From contig JBAZBR010000002.1 of the NCBI GenBank assembly GCA_041671325.1, positions 9,978 to 73,977 on the forward strand: a stretch of DNA of 64,000 nucleotides, given 5' to 3'. Positions 9,845 to 17,629 of this stretch are shown one piece after another (position 1 is the stretch's first letter; each line of letters opens with the position of its first letter). A model generated the notes under the pieces. It saw nothing but the letters and a program-made list of their open reading frames with translations, was not told where the DNA came from and did no database searches. The translations under genes were made by a program, and so were the position numbers. The DNA comes from Patescibacteria group bacterium (lineage in GTDB: Bacteria > Patescibacteriota > Patescibacteriia > PEXW01).

Positions 9845-10558
9845 ATGGCAACTGCACAAGAAAATCAGCGATTAAGTGCGTTGACGCAAAGTAGTATAGT
9901 AAATAAAAGATTACAGGATGATATTTCAAAATTGACCAAGACGGATTTTCCCACGTGGGATGCGGCCCAAAGCGAACAAGGCAGGATGCAGATGGATTCA
10001 ATTATGGACAGGCAGACAAATAACAGAAGTTCAATACGTACTTCAGCTGATCAGCAAAAACAGGAACAAGGCAGGCTTTCAAGCCGTTTGAAACAATTAC
10101 GCAATATTAGAAAACAGTACGTTGATCAATTAGCCGCCAGCCCGATGGCCGAAGCCGTTACAGTCGCAAACCAGGCTTGGGCAAAGCAAGTGGATCTTTG
10201 GCAATCAGGCTTGGCTATTGGGGTTTGGGGTTTTGATATTGTGGTTTCGGATTGGCTTTTTATTTTGATTTGGCTGGCCAGGGTTTTTTCTCCTCTATTG
10301 CCCAAGCCGCGAGGGTTGCAGATTGTCCCGAGTTATAGCCTGAGAACCATGGGTGGCATTGGCACGGCCATCAGCCACGCCGGGACTGCCTTTTTTGCCG
10401 GGATTTGCTACTTAATCATCATTGTTTTTGTCGGGATAATCGCTTGGTTTGTCATGCAAATAGTCAATGGGAGCTTTTTGGAAAAAATTCAGGCGCTCTA
10501 TTATTTATTTACAGGCCCGTTGACGCCAATTTATGATGTGTTACAAAGCGCTTTATGA
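9845..10558 (+). CDS. hypothetical membrane protein with N-terminal coiled-coil and C-terminal 3-4 TM helices
   Basis: ORF with 4-nt overlap to the next gene. Hydrophobic C-terminus. Confidence 0.45.
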   Translation: MATAQENQRLSALTQSSIVNKRLQDDISKLTKTDFPTWDAAQSEQGRMQMDSIMDRQTNNRSSIRTSADQQKQEQGRLSSRLKQLRNIRKQYVDQLAASPMAEAVTVANQAWAKQVDLWQSGLAIGVWGFDIVVSDWLFILIWLARVFSPLLPKPRGLQIVPSYSLRTMGGIGTAISHAGTAFFAGICYLIIIVFVGIIAWFVMQIVNGSFLEKIQALYYLFTGPLTPIYDVLQSAL

Positions 10559-11754
10559 AGCAGTTTAAATTACTAATCATATTTTTTTTCGCCATTGCCG
10601 CTTTTTTATTTTCCCAACCGGTAAAAGCGGCTCTGGTGAGTTGTGATGAAAACGCAAAAGATTCAAATGGCAACTACATGAATGCTGGGCAAATTGAGCT
10701 GAAATGGATCCATGTCCAATTGCCCATTCCCGGGGTTACGGCGAATTGCGTTGATGACCAAGGCAAGAGCGTGGCCTATATCCAAGACCTCGGAGCCTAT
10801 ATTGCCGGCATGTATAAGTGGTTTTCCGGCGCCATTGGCATCCTGGCCGCCGTCATGGTCATGTACGGCGGGATAAAATGGATGGTGGCCGCGGGCAACC
10901 GCAGCCGAGTCCAAGACGCCAAAGAAACGGTTTTTACCGCCCTTATCGCCGTGGTAATTGCCCTCGGTTCTTATCTCTTGCTTTTTGTCATTAACCCAAA
11001 ATTAGTCAACTTACGGCCGCCAGCCTTGAGCACGGTCAAGCCAGTTTTGCAGAGCTTTGCCATGTGCCCGACCTTTAAAATTTGCCTATCCGGAACTAAC
11101 AAAGGCCAAGCCTGCGTCTTAGACACGGCCTGCGGGGCGCCGGCTAATTCCGGCGCTTGCGACTATGCCGTGGACGTGGGGACGGATATAGAACCAACAT
11201 GCGGCAATGAATACACTTATCGGGAAAAAGCCACGGGTTCTGGCACGTGTCGTGGTTCAGTCTGCCATGATAAGGACAAAAATGTCACTAATGATGTTTG
11301 TACGCTTGGCACCTGGAAGGACTCTGTTTTTTTGCCCAAGGCAATTGGTGGGACTTCTTGGGGCTGTACATCACCCGTACGACAATGCGAATCCATTACC
11401 GATGATAACGGTTCGGCGGCAGATTGTTCGCAATTTAGCATTGCCGGAAAAGGTAAGTGTGCTTGGATAGATTATCCTATGCTTGATCCAAAATCTGATG
11501 GTTGTTATTGGTTCCCAGTGCTTGAATGCGAACAGGGATATGAACGAGTTGGGTGTGATATATGTAATAATTCCGAACCGTTTGTCATTACTCAGTGTAA
11601 TCTTCAGCGTTGTTCCGAAGGGAGACTTTCAAAATGTATTTCGACTCAAGGAGAAATAGTATATTCTAATGATCTAACCCCAGACAAAAAAAATTGTAAG
11701 TCTATTTGTTGTAGAAAAGTTGGCGATACTGACTTAAAATGTTCAGCCCAATAA
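10555..11754 (+). CDS. secreted Cys-rich protein containing a TrbC/VirB2-like T4SS-pilin hairpin (two hydrophobic helices, MYGGIKWMVAAGN motif) and a ~240-aa C-terminal domain with about 28 cysteines
   Basis: Signal peptide MKQFKLLIIFFFAIAAFLFSQPVKA. Pilin-like helix-loop-helix at aa ~78-152. Paralogous to aa 170-245 of the gene at 13696. Confidence 0.55.
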   Translation: MKQFKLLIIFFFAIAAFLFSQPVKAALVSCDENAKDSNGNYMNAGQIELKWIHVQLPIPGVTANCVDDQGKSVAYIQDLGAYIAGMYKWFSGAIGILAAVMVMYGGIKWMVAAGNRSRVQDAKETVFTALIAVVIALGSYLLLFVINPKLVNLRPPALSTVKPVLQSFAMCPTFKICLSGTNKGQACVLDTACGAPANSGACDYAVDVGTDIEPTCGNEYTYREKATGSGTCRGSVCHDKDKNVTNDVCTLGTWKDSVFLPKAIGGTSWGCTSPVRQCESITDDNGSAADCSQFSIAGKGKCAWIDYPMLDPKSDGCYWFPVLECEQGYERVGCDICNNSEPFVITQCNLQRCSEGRLSKCISTQGEIVYSNDLTPDKKNCKSICCRKVGDTDLKCSAQ

Positions 11755-11802
11755 TATAGATTTATTCCTTATCGCCTGGATTTTTAATGCTATTATGAAT
11801 AT

Positions 11803-13059
11803 ATGAACCGTCGAACCTTAGTAATCCTTGCCTTTATAATCGGGGTTATTGCCATCGGTTTTGTTTTGTATATCATGTTTTTCAAACCCTTGCCCCCAGC
11901 CGTCAACCAGAATGGCAACCTTAACACTAATTCGGTTTTGCCTAATATAAACGGCAATGTCAATCGGCCCCAAAATGTTAATGGCGGCTTGCCAAATATC
12001 AATACTGCAAATGTTAATAAGCCCACGGCTAATGTGAATGCCGGTCCGGCAGTCATTGCTGATGGCGGGGATACCCAAGTAAAGACTTTGATTTCCGCGA
12101 ATGCTTTTGACACGGTTATTGATGCCAAAGGCAATTTGCGCTACTACGATAAAGCCTCTGGCCAATTTTTCAAACTTGACGAAAACGGGAATTTAATCGC
12201 CTTGTCCCAAGTCAAGTTTCCTGAAGCCGAAGATATTGCCTGGTCGCCCAGCCGGAGCCAGGTCATAGTCAGTTTTCCGGATGATTCCAAAATCTTTTAT
12301 GATTTTGAAAATAAAAAACAGGCGACTTTGCCCAAAGAAGGCCAAGATTTCAGTTTTGATCCCACTGGCACGCAGATTGCATTCAAGTACAATGCCGCCA
12401 ATGAAGCTGACCGTTTTTTGGTGGTGTCCAGCCCAGACGGCAGTTCCATAACCCCAATTGAACCTTTGGGTGAAAACGGGAGCAGGGTCCAAGTCAACTG
12501 GTCGCCTAACAACCAAGTCATTGCCACTTATTCTCCAGGCCTGAATGATACTAGCCAGGAAGTGCTTTTAGTCGGCAAAAATGGCGAAACTTTTAAATCC
12601 ATAGCCACAGCTGGCCGGGGTTTTGAAGGCACATGGTCTTCTAATGGCCAGCAAATGTTATATAGCGTTTATAATGCCCAAACAAACTATAATCCCACTT
12701 TGTATATAGTAAATGCCCAAGGCGATGCCGCCGGTACGAATAACCGGCCTTTGGAAATTAACACCTGGTCTGACAAATGCACTTTTAACAAGGCCGGCAC
12801 CTCGATTTATTGCGCCGTGCCTGACACTTCAAGTTTACCGGCGGGCAGCGGGATTTACCGTAACCAGGCAAACAACACCACGGATTCTTTTTATTCAGTC
12901 GACCTTTTAACCGGGGCTAAGAACAAGTTAGCCGTGCCAGTTGGGTCTGATGGCAGCCGCCAGTTTTCCGCTAAAAACCTGTGGCTTTCGGCTGATGGCA
13001 GCACTTTATATTTTACCGACGGCCCCACTGGCAAGGTTTTAGAGATGAAAATCCATTAA
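11803..13059 (+). CDS. membrane-anchored PD40/TolB-like beta-propeller protein with Asn-rich linker
   Basis: N-terminal TM. Repeated WSP/WSPN/WSSNG-type propeller blades. Confidence 0.5.
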   Translation: MNRRTLVILAFIIGVIAIGFVLYIMFFKPLPPAVNQNGNLNTNSVLPNINGNVNRPQNVNGGLPNINTANVNKPTANVNAGPAVIADGGDTQVKTLISANAFDTVIDAKGNLRYYDKASGQFFKLDENGNLIALSQVKFPEAEDIAWSPSRSQVIVSFPDDSKIFYDFENKKQATLPKEGQDFSFDPTGTQIAFKYNAANEADRFLVVSSPDGSSITPIEPLGENGSRVQVNWSPNNQVIATYSPGLNDTSQEVLLVGKNGETFKSIATAGRGFEGTWSSNGQQMLYSVYNAQTNYNPTLYIVNAQGDAAGTNNRPLEINTWSDKCTFNKAGTSIYCAVPDTSSLPAGSGIYRNQANNTTDSFYSVDLLTGAKNKLAVPVGSDGSRQFSAKNLWLSADGSTLYFTDGPTGKVLEMKIH

Positions 13060-13066
13060 AACTAGT

Positions 13067-13699
13067 ATGCAAAAAAGGGAAAATATTTTTTTTCTGATCT
13101 TCGGTGGCCTAGCCGTGCTGGTTTTGGTTGTCCTAATGATAAACACTTTTAGCACGAAAAAGGTGATAAAAGATTTATCCCCAAGGATTTTCAGCACCGA
13201 TCCCTATTTAGGCAAGTCCAATGCCAAGGTTACTTTAGTCATTTTTACGGACTTTGAATGCGAATATTGCCGGGCAGAAGTGCCGATTTTAAAAAGCCTT
13301 ATGGCCAGCAATCAAAATTCCGTCAAATTGGTATATAAAGATTATCCTTTAAGCATCCACAAAAACGCCAGGCGGGCGGCGGAAATTGCCAGGTGCGCCC
13401 AAGACCAAGGCGGCGGCCAGGGAAAATTTTGGGCCATGCATGACCAATTGTTCCAGAACCAGGATACTTTGGGCGCTTTAGATTTAGAGAAAATAAGCAA
13501 AGACGTGGACATTGATTCGGCCAAATTAAAGGCTTGTTTGGACTCCCAAGCTGCGGCTAAACGCATTGATGATAATATTGCTGAAGGCCAGCGCTTGAAT
13601 GTTACGGAAACCCCGACGCTTTTTGTGAATGAAAGGCGGATTACCGGCTTGAATGAAGAATCAGTCATCCAAACTTATATTAACCATGTATTGCAATGA
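13067..13699 (+). CDS. DsbA-family thiol:disulfide oxidoreductase (thioredoxin fold, CEYC active site), membrane anchored
   Basis: FTDFECEYCRAEVP CxxC motif. DsbA-like length. N-terminal TM. Confidence 0.7.
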   Translation: MQKRENIFFLIFGGLAVLVLVVLMINTFSTKKVIKDLSPRIFSTDPYLGKSNAKVTLVIFTDFECEYCRAEVPILKSLMASNQNSVKLVYKDYPLSIHKNARRAAEIARCAQDQGGGQGKFWAMHDQLFQNQDTLGALDLEKISKDVDIDSAKLKACLDSQAAAKRIDDNIAEGQRLNVTETPTLFVNERRITGLNEESVIQTYINHVLQ

Positions 13700-15057
13700 A
13701 AGTCTTGAGGCTTTTATTTTTATCAGCATTTTTATTAACGGGACTTTTGGCATTTCCAGGTAATGGAAAAGCTGGTTGCTGCCTTTGCGGGAATTTAAAT
13801 GACGACAATTTTCAATGTCTAATAAATGTTACTGAGGCCGAGTGCAATTCTTGCGGTAATTTCCCCCATCCGTTTTATGAGACCAATGATGCCTGTACGA
13901 ATTTTTGCGCCAAGCCAGTTGATGTTAGTTTAAAAAATTGCTGTGTTTATACGGGCAAGATAGATAAATTAGTAAAGGAATGCAAAGCCGTCCAGGATGA
14001 AACTTCCTGCCAGACAGGTGAATTTGAAATTAACCGGAAAGAATATATTGCCCAGGATTGCGCCAAACAGCCCCAATGCAGTTTAATCGGATCAAAGTAT
14101 GTAGCAGAAAAAAAATCAGACATATATTTCAAGCCCCAGGTTTCTTTGCTTGGTTCAAAATTTATCGCTGGTGAGGAAATTGTCATAACCGGCAATACTT
14201 TAGGCGAATACATTGCCGCCTTTTACGTCTTTTTTGTTTCAGCAATTGCTATTTTGGCTGCGGTCATGATTATGTATGGAGGCATTAAATGGCTGGTGGC
14301 TGGCGGCAATCGTGGCCAAGTCCAAAATGCCAAAGAGCAGATTACTTCAGCGATTATCGGCTTATTAATCGCTTTTGCCGCTTATCTATTATTGCTTTCC
14401 ATCAGCCCAAAATTGGTCAAGTTTACCAGCCTGAATATAACCAGCATCAAACCAATTGAGCAGGCCATAAATAAGCAAGAAATCGCTTATGGTTCAAAGG
14501 GCAACCCCTTGGGAAAAGCTACTATGTCAAAAACTTGGTACGAAAACGTAAAAGCCAAATATGGCTCATTTGTTGCCACAGCAGCAAAAAATACCGGTAT
14601 TGATGAGAATTTAATTTACGCCATAATGTTCGTGGAATCTGGTGGGCAACCCAATTTGTCATCTGAAGCGGGCGCTTGCGGCTTAATGCAATTATTGCCG
14701 GCAACTGCCAGCCAAGTCATGAAAACCGGAGTCTCCTGTTCTGATTTATACAACCCTTCATTTGGGATTGCGGCGGGCGCGGCTTACTTGGCACAGCTTA
14801 AGGAGGATACTTGCCCTGATCATGCCATGAAAAAAGACGAGAGTATTGTTTCCTGCACGCCCAGCTTAACCAAGTGTACGGATGGCGATTTAATGTTTGT
14901 GATTGCGGCATATAACGGCGGCCAAGGGGCTAATTGCAGCAGCGTAGATTGTCCAGGCCAGACCTGGTGGGAATGTCCGGTTAATACTGGTTATCAGCAA
15001 ACCAGGGATTATGTCATAAAAGTCCAGAACAATTTGAAAATAATTAGTGATTATTAG
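13696..15057 (+). CDS. secreted fusion protein with an N-terminal Cys-rich domain, a TrbC/VirB2-like pilin hairpin, and a C-terminal SLT-type lytic transglycosylase (VirB1-like)
   Basis: Signal peptide. About 20 Cys in aa 27-135. AILAAVMIMYGGIKWLVAGGN pilin-like hairpin. SLT motifs IYAIMFVESGG and ACGLMQL. Confidence 0.65.
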   Translation: MKVLRLLFLSAFLLTGLLAFPGNGKAGCCLCGNLNDDNFQCLINVTEAECNSCGNFPHPFYETNDACTNFCAKPVDVSLKNCCVYTGKIDKLVKECKAVQDETSCQTGEFEINRKEYIAQDCAKQPQCSLIGSKYVAEKKSDIYFKPQVSLLGSKFIAGEEIVITGNTLGEYIAAFYVFFVSAIAILAAVMIMYGGIKWLVAGGNRGQVQNAKEQITSAIIGLLIAFAAYLLLLSISPKLVKFTSLNITSIKPIEQAINKQEIAYGSKGNPLGKATMSKTWYENVKAKYGSFVATAAKNTGIDENLIYAIMFVESGGQPNLSSEAGACGLMQLLPATASQVMKTGVSCSDLYNPSFGIAAGAAYLAQLKEDTCPDHAMKKDESIVSCTPSLTKCTDGDLMFVIAAYNGGQGANCSSVDCPGQTWWECPVNTGYQQTRDYVIKVQNNLKIISDY

Positions 15058-15059
15058 GC

Positions 15060-16397
15060 ATGCCAAAAATTGAAACAATTTATTCATGCTCAAACTGTGA
15101 TGCGCAATTCCCCAAGTGGCTGGGTCGCTGCCCTGAATGCGGCAGTTGGGGGACTGTGGAAGCAGCCGGGCCAAAACCCGCAGCTGCCCATCAAGCCATA
15201 AAAGGCAAGCCAGGCCAAACCCAAAATTTTGAAAGCATTTTAAGCGAGCATATCCAAAGGGTAACAAGCGGAATTGAGGAATTTGACCGGACTATTGGCG
15301 GTGGGATTGTGCCGGGTTCTTTAATTTTGCTTGGCGGTGAACCAGGCATCGGCAAATCAACCTTGGCTTTGCAAATTACTTCTGGCTTAAAAGGCCAAGT
15401 TTTGTATGTGTCTGGGGAAGAATCTGCCAACCAGGTCAAATTGAGATATGAGCGCCTGAAAATAGAAGCTTCACAGGTTAATTTCCTGCCAGCAACGGAT
15501 TTACCCACGGTCTTAGCTACTTTGGAAGCGGAAAAACCAAGTTTGGCTGTAATTGATTCTATTCAAACAGTTTTTGACCCAACCTTGCCGTCAGAAGCTG
15601 GTTCCATTGTCCAAGTCAGGGTAGCTTGCGTCAAGCTTATGGAAGTCGCCAAGCGCCTACATATCCCGCTAATTTTAATCGGCCATGTGACCAAAGAAGG
15701 TTCAATTGCCGGTCCTAGGGTCTTGGAACATTTAGTTGACTGTGTTTTGACTATGGAAGGTGATCCTTACCATGCTTATCGTTTGTTGCGCGCCACCAAG
15801 AACCGGTTTGGGCCAACTGATGAGGTGGGGGTTTTTGACATGGCAGAATCTGGCTTGGTTGAGGTTAAAAATCCTTCAGCCAGGTTTCTGGCCGAACGGG
15901 ATGCCCAGATCAGCGGTTCCAGCGTGGTGCCGATAATTGAAGGCACCCGGGTTTTTCTTTTGGAAATCCAAGCCTTGGTTTCCACCACGGTTTTTGGCTA
16001 TCCCCGCCGGGTGACTTCAGGTTTTGATTTGAATCGCTTGCAACTATTATTGGCAGTTCTAACCAAAAGATCAGGCTTGGCTTTAGGTAACCAAGACGTG
16101 CATTTAAATATTGTTGGCGGTTTTAAAGTGGATGAACCAGCCGCAGACTTGGCAGTTTGCCTGGCCGTTGCTTCGTCTTTAAGCAATAAACCCCTACCGC
16201 CGTTATTAGCTGCGGTGGGTGAAGTTGGTTTAGGCGGGGAGATCCGGAGCGTGGCGAATTTTGAACGCCGGGTTGCGGAAGTGGAAAAGCTGGGTTTTAA
16301 AACTTTAATTGCCCCCCAAAACTCAAAATCTGGCAAATCTAAAATAGAAATAATTACGGCTAGGTCAATAATTGACGCCTTAAAATTCATTAAATAA
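15060..16397 (+). CDS. radA: DNA repair protein RadA/Sms
   Basis: C4 zinc finger CSNCDAQFPKWLGRCPECGSW. Walker A GGEPGIGKST. KNRFG motif. Lon-like C-terminal domain. Confidence 0.9.
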   Translation: MPKIETIYSCSNCDAQFPKWLGRCPECGSWGTVEAAGPKPAAAHQAIKGKPGQTQNFESILSEHIQRVTSGIEEFDRTIGGGIVPGSLILLGGEPGIGKSTLALQITSGLKGQVLYVSGEESANQVKLRYERLKIEASQVNFLPATDLPTVLATLEAEKPSLAVIDSIQTVFDPTLPSEAGSIVQVRVACVKLMEVAKRLHIPLILIGHVTKEGSIAGPRVLEHLVDCVLTMEGDPYHAYRLLRATKNRFGPTDEVGVFDMAESGLVEVKNPSARFLAERDAQISGSSVVPIIEGTRVFLLEIQALVSTTVFGYPRRVTSGFDLNRLQLLLAVLTKRSGLALGNQDVHLNIVGGFKVDEPAADLAVCLAVASSLSNKPLPPLLAAVGEVGLGGEIRSVANFERRVAEVEKLGFKTLIAPQNSKSGKSKIEIITARSIIDALKFIK

Positions 16398-16401
16398 AAA
16401 T

Positions 16402-16426
16402 AGGACGGCCTGTGAGGGTCCGTCCT
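16402..16426. terminator. bidirectional rho-independent-like hairpin between convergent genes (radA and the 119-aa gene)
   Basis: aggacggcc-tgtga-gggtccgtcct stem-loop flanked by A/T-rich runs on both sides. Confidence 0.45.
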
Positions 16427-16450
16427 AATAGAAATATTGCCGTAATTGAC

Positions 16451-16810
16451 TCAGGCTAGTTCCGCTGGTTTGAGCAGGTCTCGAGGGTCAAACGTGCCAG
16501 CCATAAAGCCCAATTTGATACCATAGTCGTTAAGATCTACGGTAGCACTTTGACCATGAAAAAGGGCCTTTTGAACACGACCAGTCGGTCCGCACAAATG
16601 GTCTGGGAAGCCATGGTCATCAACAGGCATCCCGCATATTTTGCATGCCCTCAAATCACAAGCATATCGACCAGTCGTAACCTGGCCAATTATTACCGGA
16701 AACTGCTGGCACAAATGCGGGACCTGTTGTTGCCGAGTCTTGAAGTCGGGATGTAGTCTTACTGAAGAAATCAGTTTCCCAACCTCTGAATTTCCAGTAA
16801 ATTTACACAT
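16451..16810 (-). CDS. hypothetical Cys/His-containing small protein (119 aa)
   Basis: ORF with GGAGAG SD-like sequence 5 nt upstream of ATG. No recognisable family. Confidence 0.4.
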   Translation of the reverse strand: MCKFTGNSEVGKLISSVRLHPDFKTRQQQVPHLCQQFPVIIGQVTTGRYACDLRACKICGMPVDDHGFPDHLCGPTGRVQKALFHGQSATVDLNDYGIKLGFMAGTFDPRDLLKPAELA

Positions 16811-17203
16811 AGACTCTCCGATTTTGGTGTTTTTCCTAGTTTAACCTGTCTTCCTTTTTTCGGAGAGTGGCGGTTAAGGTGAAAAGAGCACTAAAACCTC
16901 CTCCTTTAACAATCCATTGCACTTGCCCTTCCTTTACCAAGCTAAAATGCCTTTTTTAAGAAATAAACCATGAAAAATTTGGCCTTATTTAAAGGCAGGG
17001 TTCTTCTTTCAAAGGGCAATTTTAGACTGATAATTCATTTTAGGTTCAGAATTGCTTCGGTGTCAAACCCAAGGTTCGGTCTGGAAAATCCTAGAGATAA
17101 AAAATGTAAAAAAGCCCTGTCCGGAGACGGGACTTCAATTTTTGTGGCGAAAACGAAAAGCCCGGTGGAGTACACCGAGCTTTGCCCGAAAGAAACATTT
17201 CCC

Positions 17204-17542
17204 TTAGGCCAGTTTTTCGCGCTGAAGCTGCAGGCGCGATCTCAACAGGCGAATGAGGATTGGGATACATGCACCGACCAGCATAAATATCCAGAGAGGG
17301 TGCTGAGGGGACAAATTGAATAAGCAATATCCAATACCGTAGGAGACGGCTCCGATTATCGTGCCGATCAAGGCGAGGATGATCAGGGTGATAACGCCAA
17401 GGAAACCGTCGATGGAGTTCCCGAAGAAAAGGCCAATTATGGAACCGACGATAAGGCCGATCCAAATCATCTGCTCCCAAAACAGACCAAAGATTAGTCC
17501 GACGATCGCCCCGATAAAGAGGTACAACAGCAAACGACGCAT
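17204..17542 (-). CDS. small glycine-zipper membrane protein (GxxxG-rich, 3 TM)
   Basis: Strong RBS AAGGAG 7 nt upstream of ATG. Repeated IVGxIxGLxxG motifs. The overlapping 161-aa ORF in another frame looks like off-frame Arg/Pro-rich translation. Confidence 0.5.
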   Translation of the reverse strand: MRRLLLYLFIGAIVGLIFGLFWEQMIWIGLIVGSIIGLFFGNSIDGFLGVITLIILALIGTIIGAVSYGIGYCLFNLSPQHPLWIFMLVGACIPILIRLLRSRLQLQREKLA

Positions 17543-17629
17543 GGCAAGCTCCTTTTTTATATAACCTAATTGTCAAACATCAAACGGTAAAGGTTATCAA
17601 AATAACTTGTTTTTGTCAACCCAAAAAGC

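Noticed and set aside
17091-17576. 161-aa ORF overlapping the glycine-zipper membrane protein gene in another frame
   Set aside because: - Arg/Pro/His-rich off-frame translation.
- The 112-aa frame has a strong AAGGAG RBS and clean TM helices.
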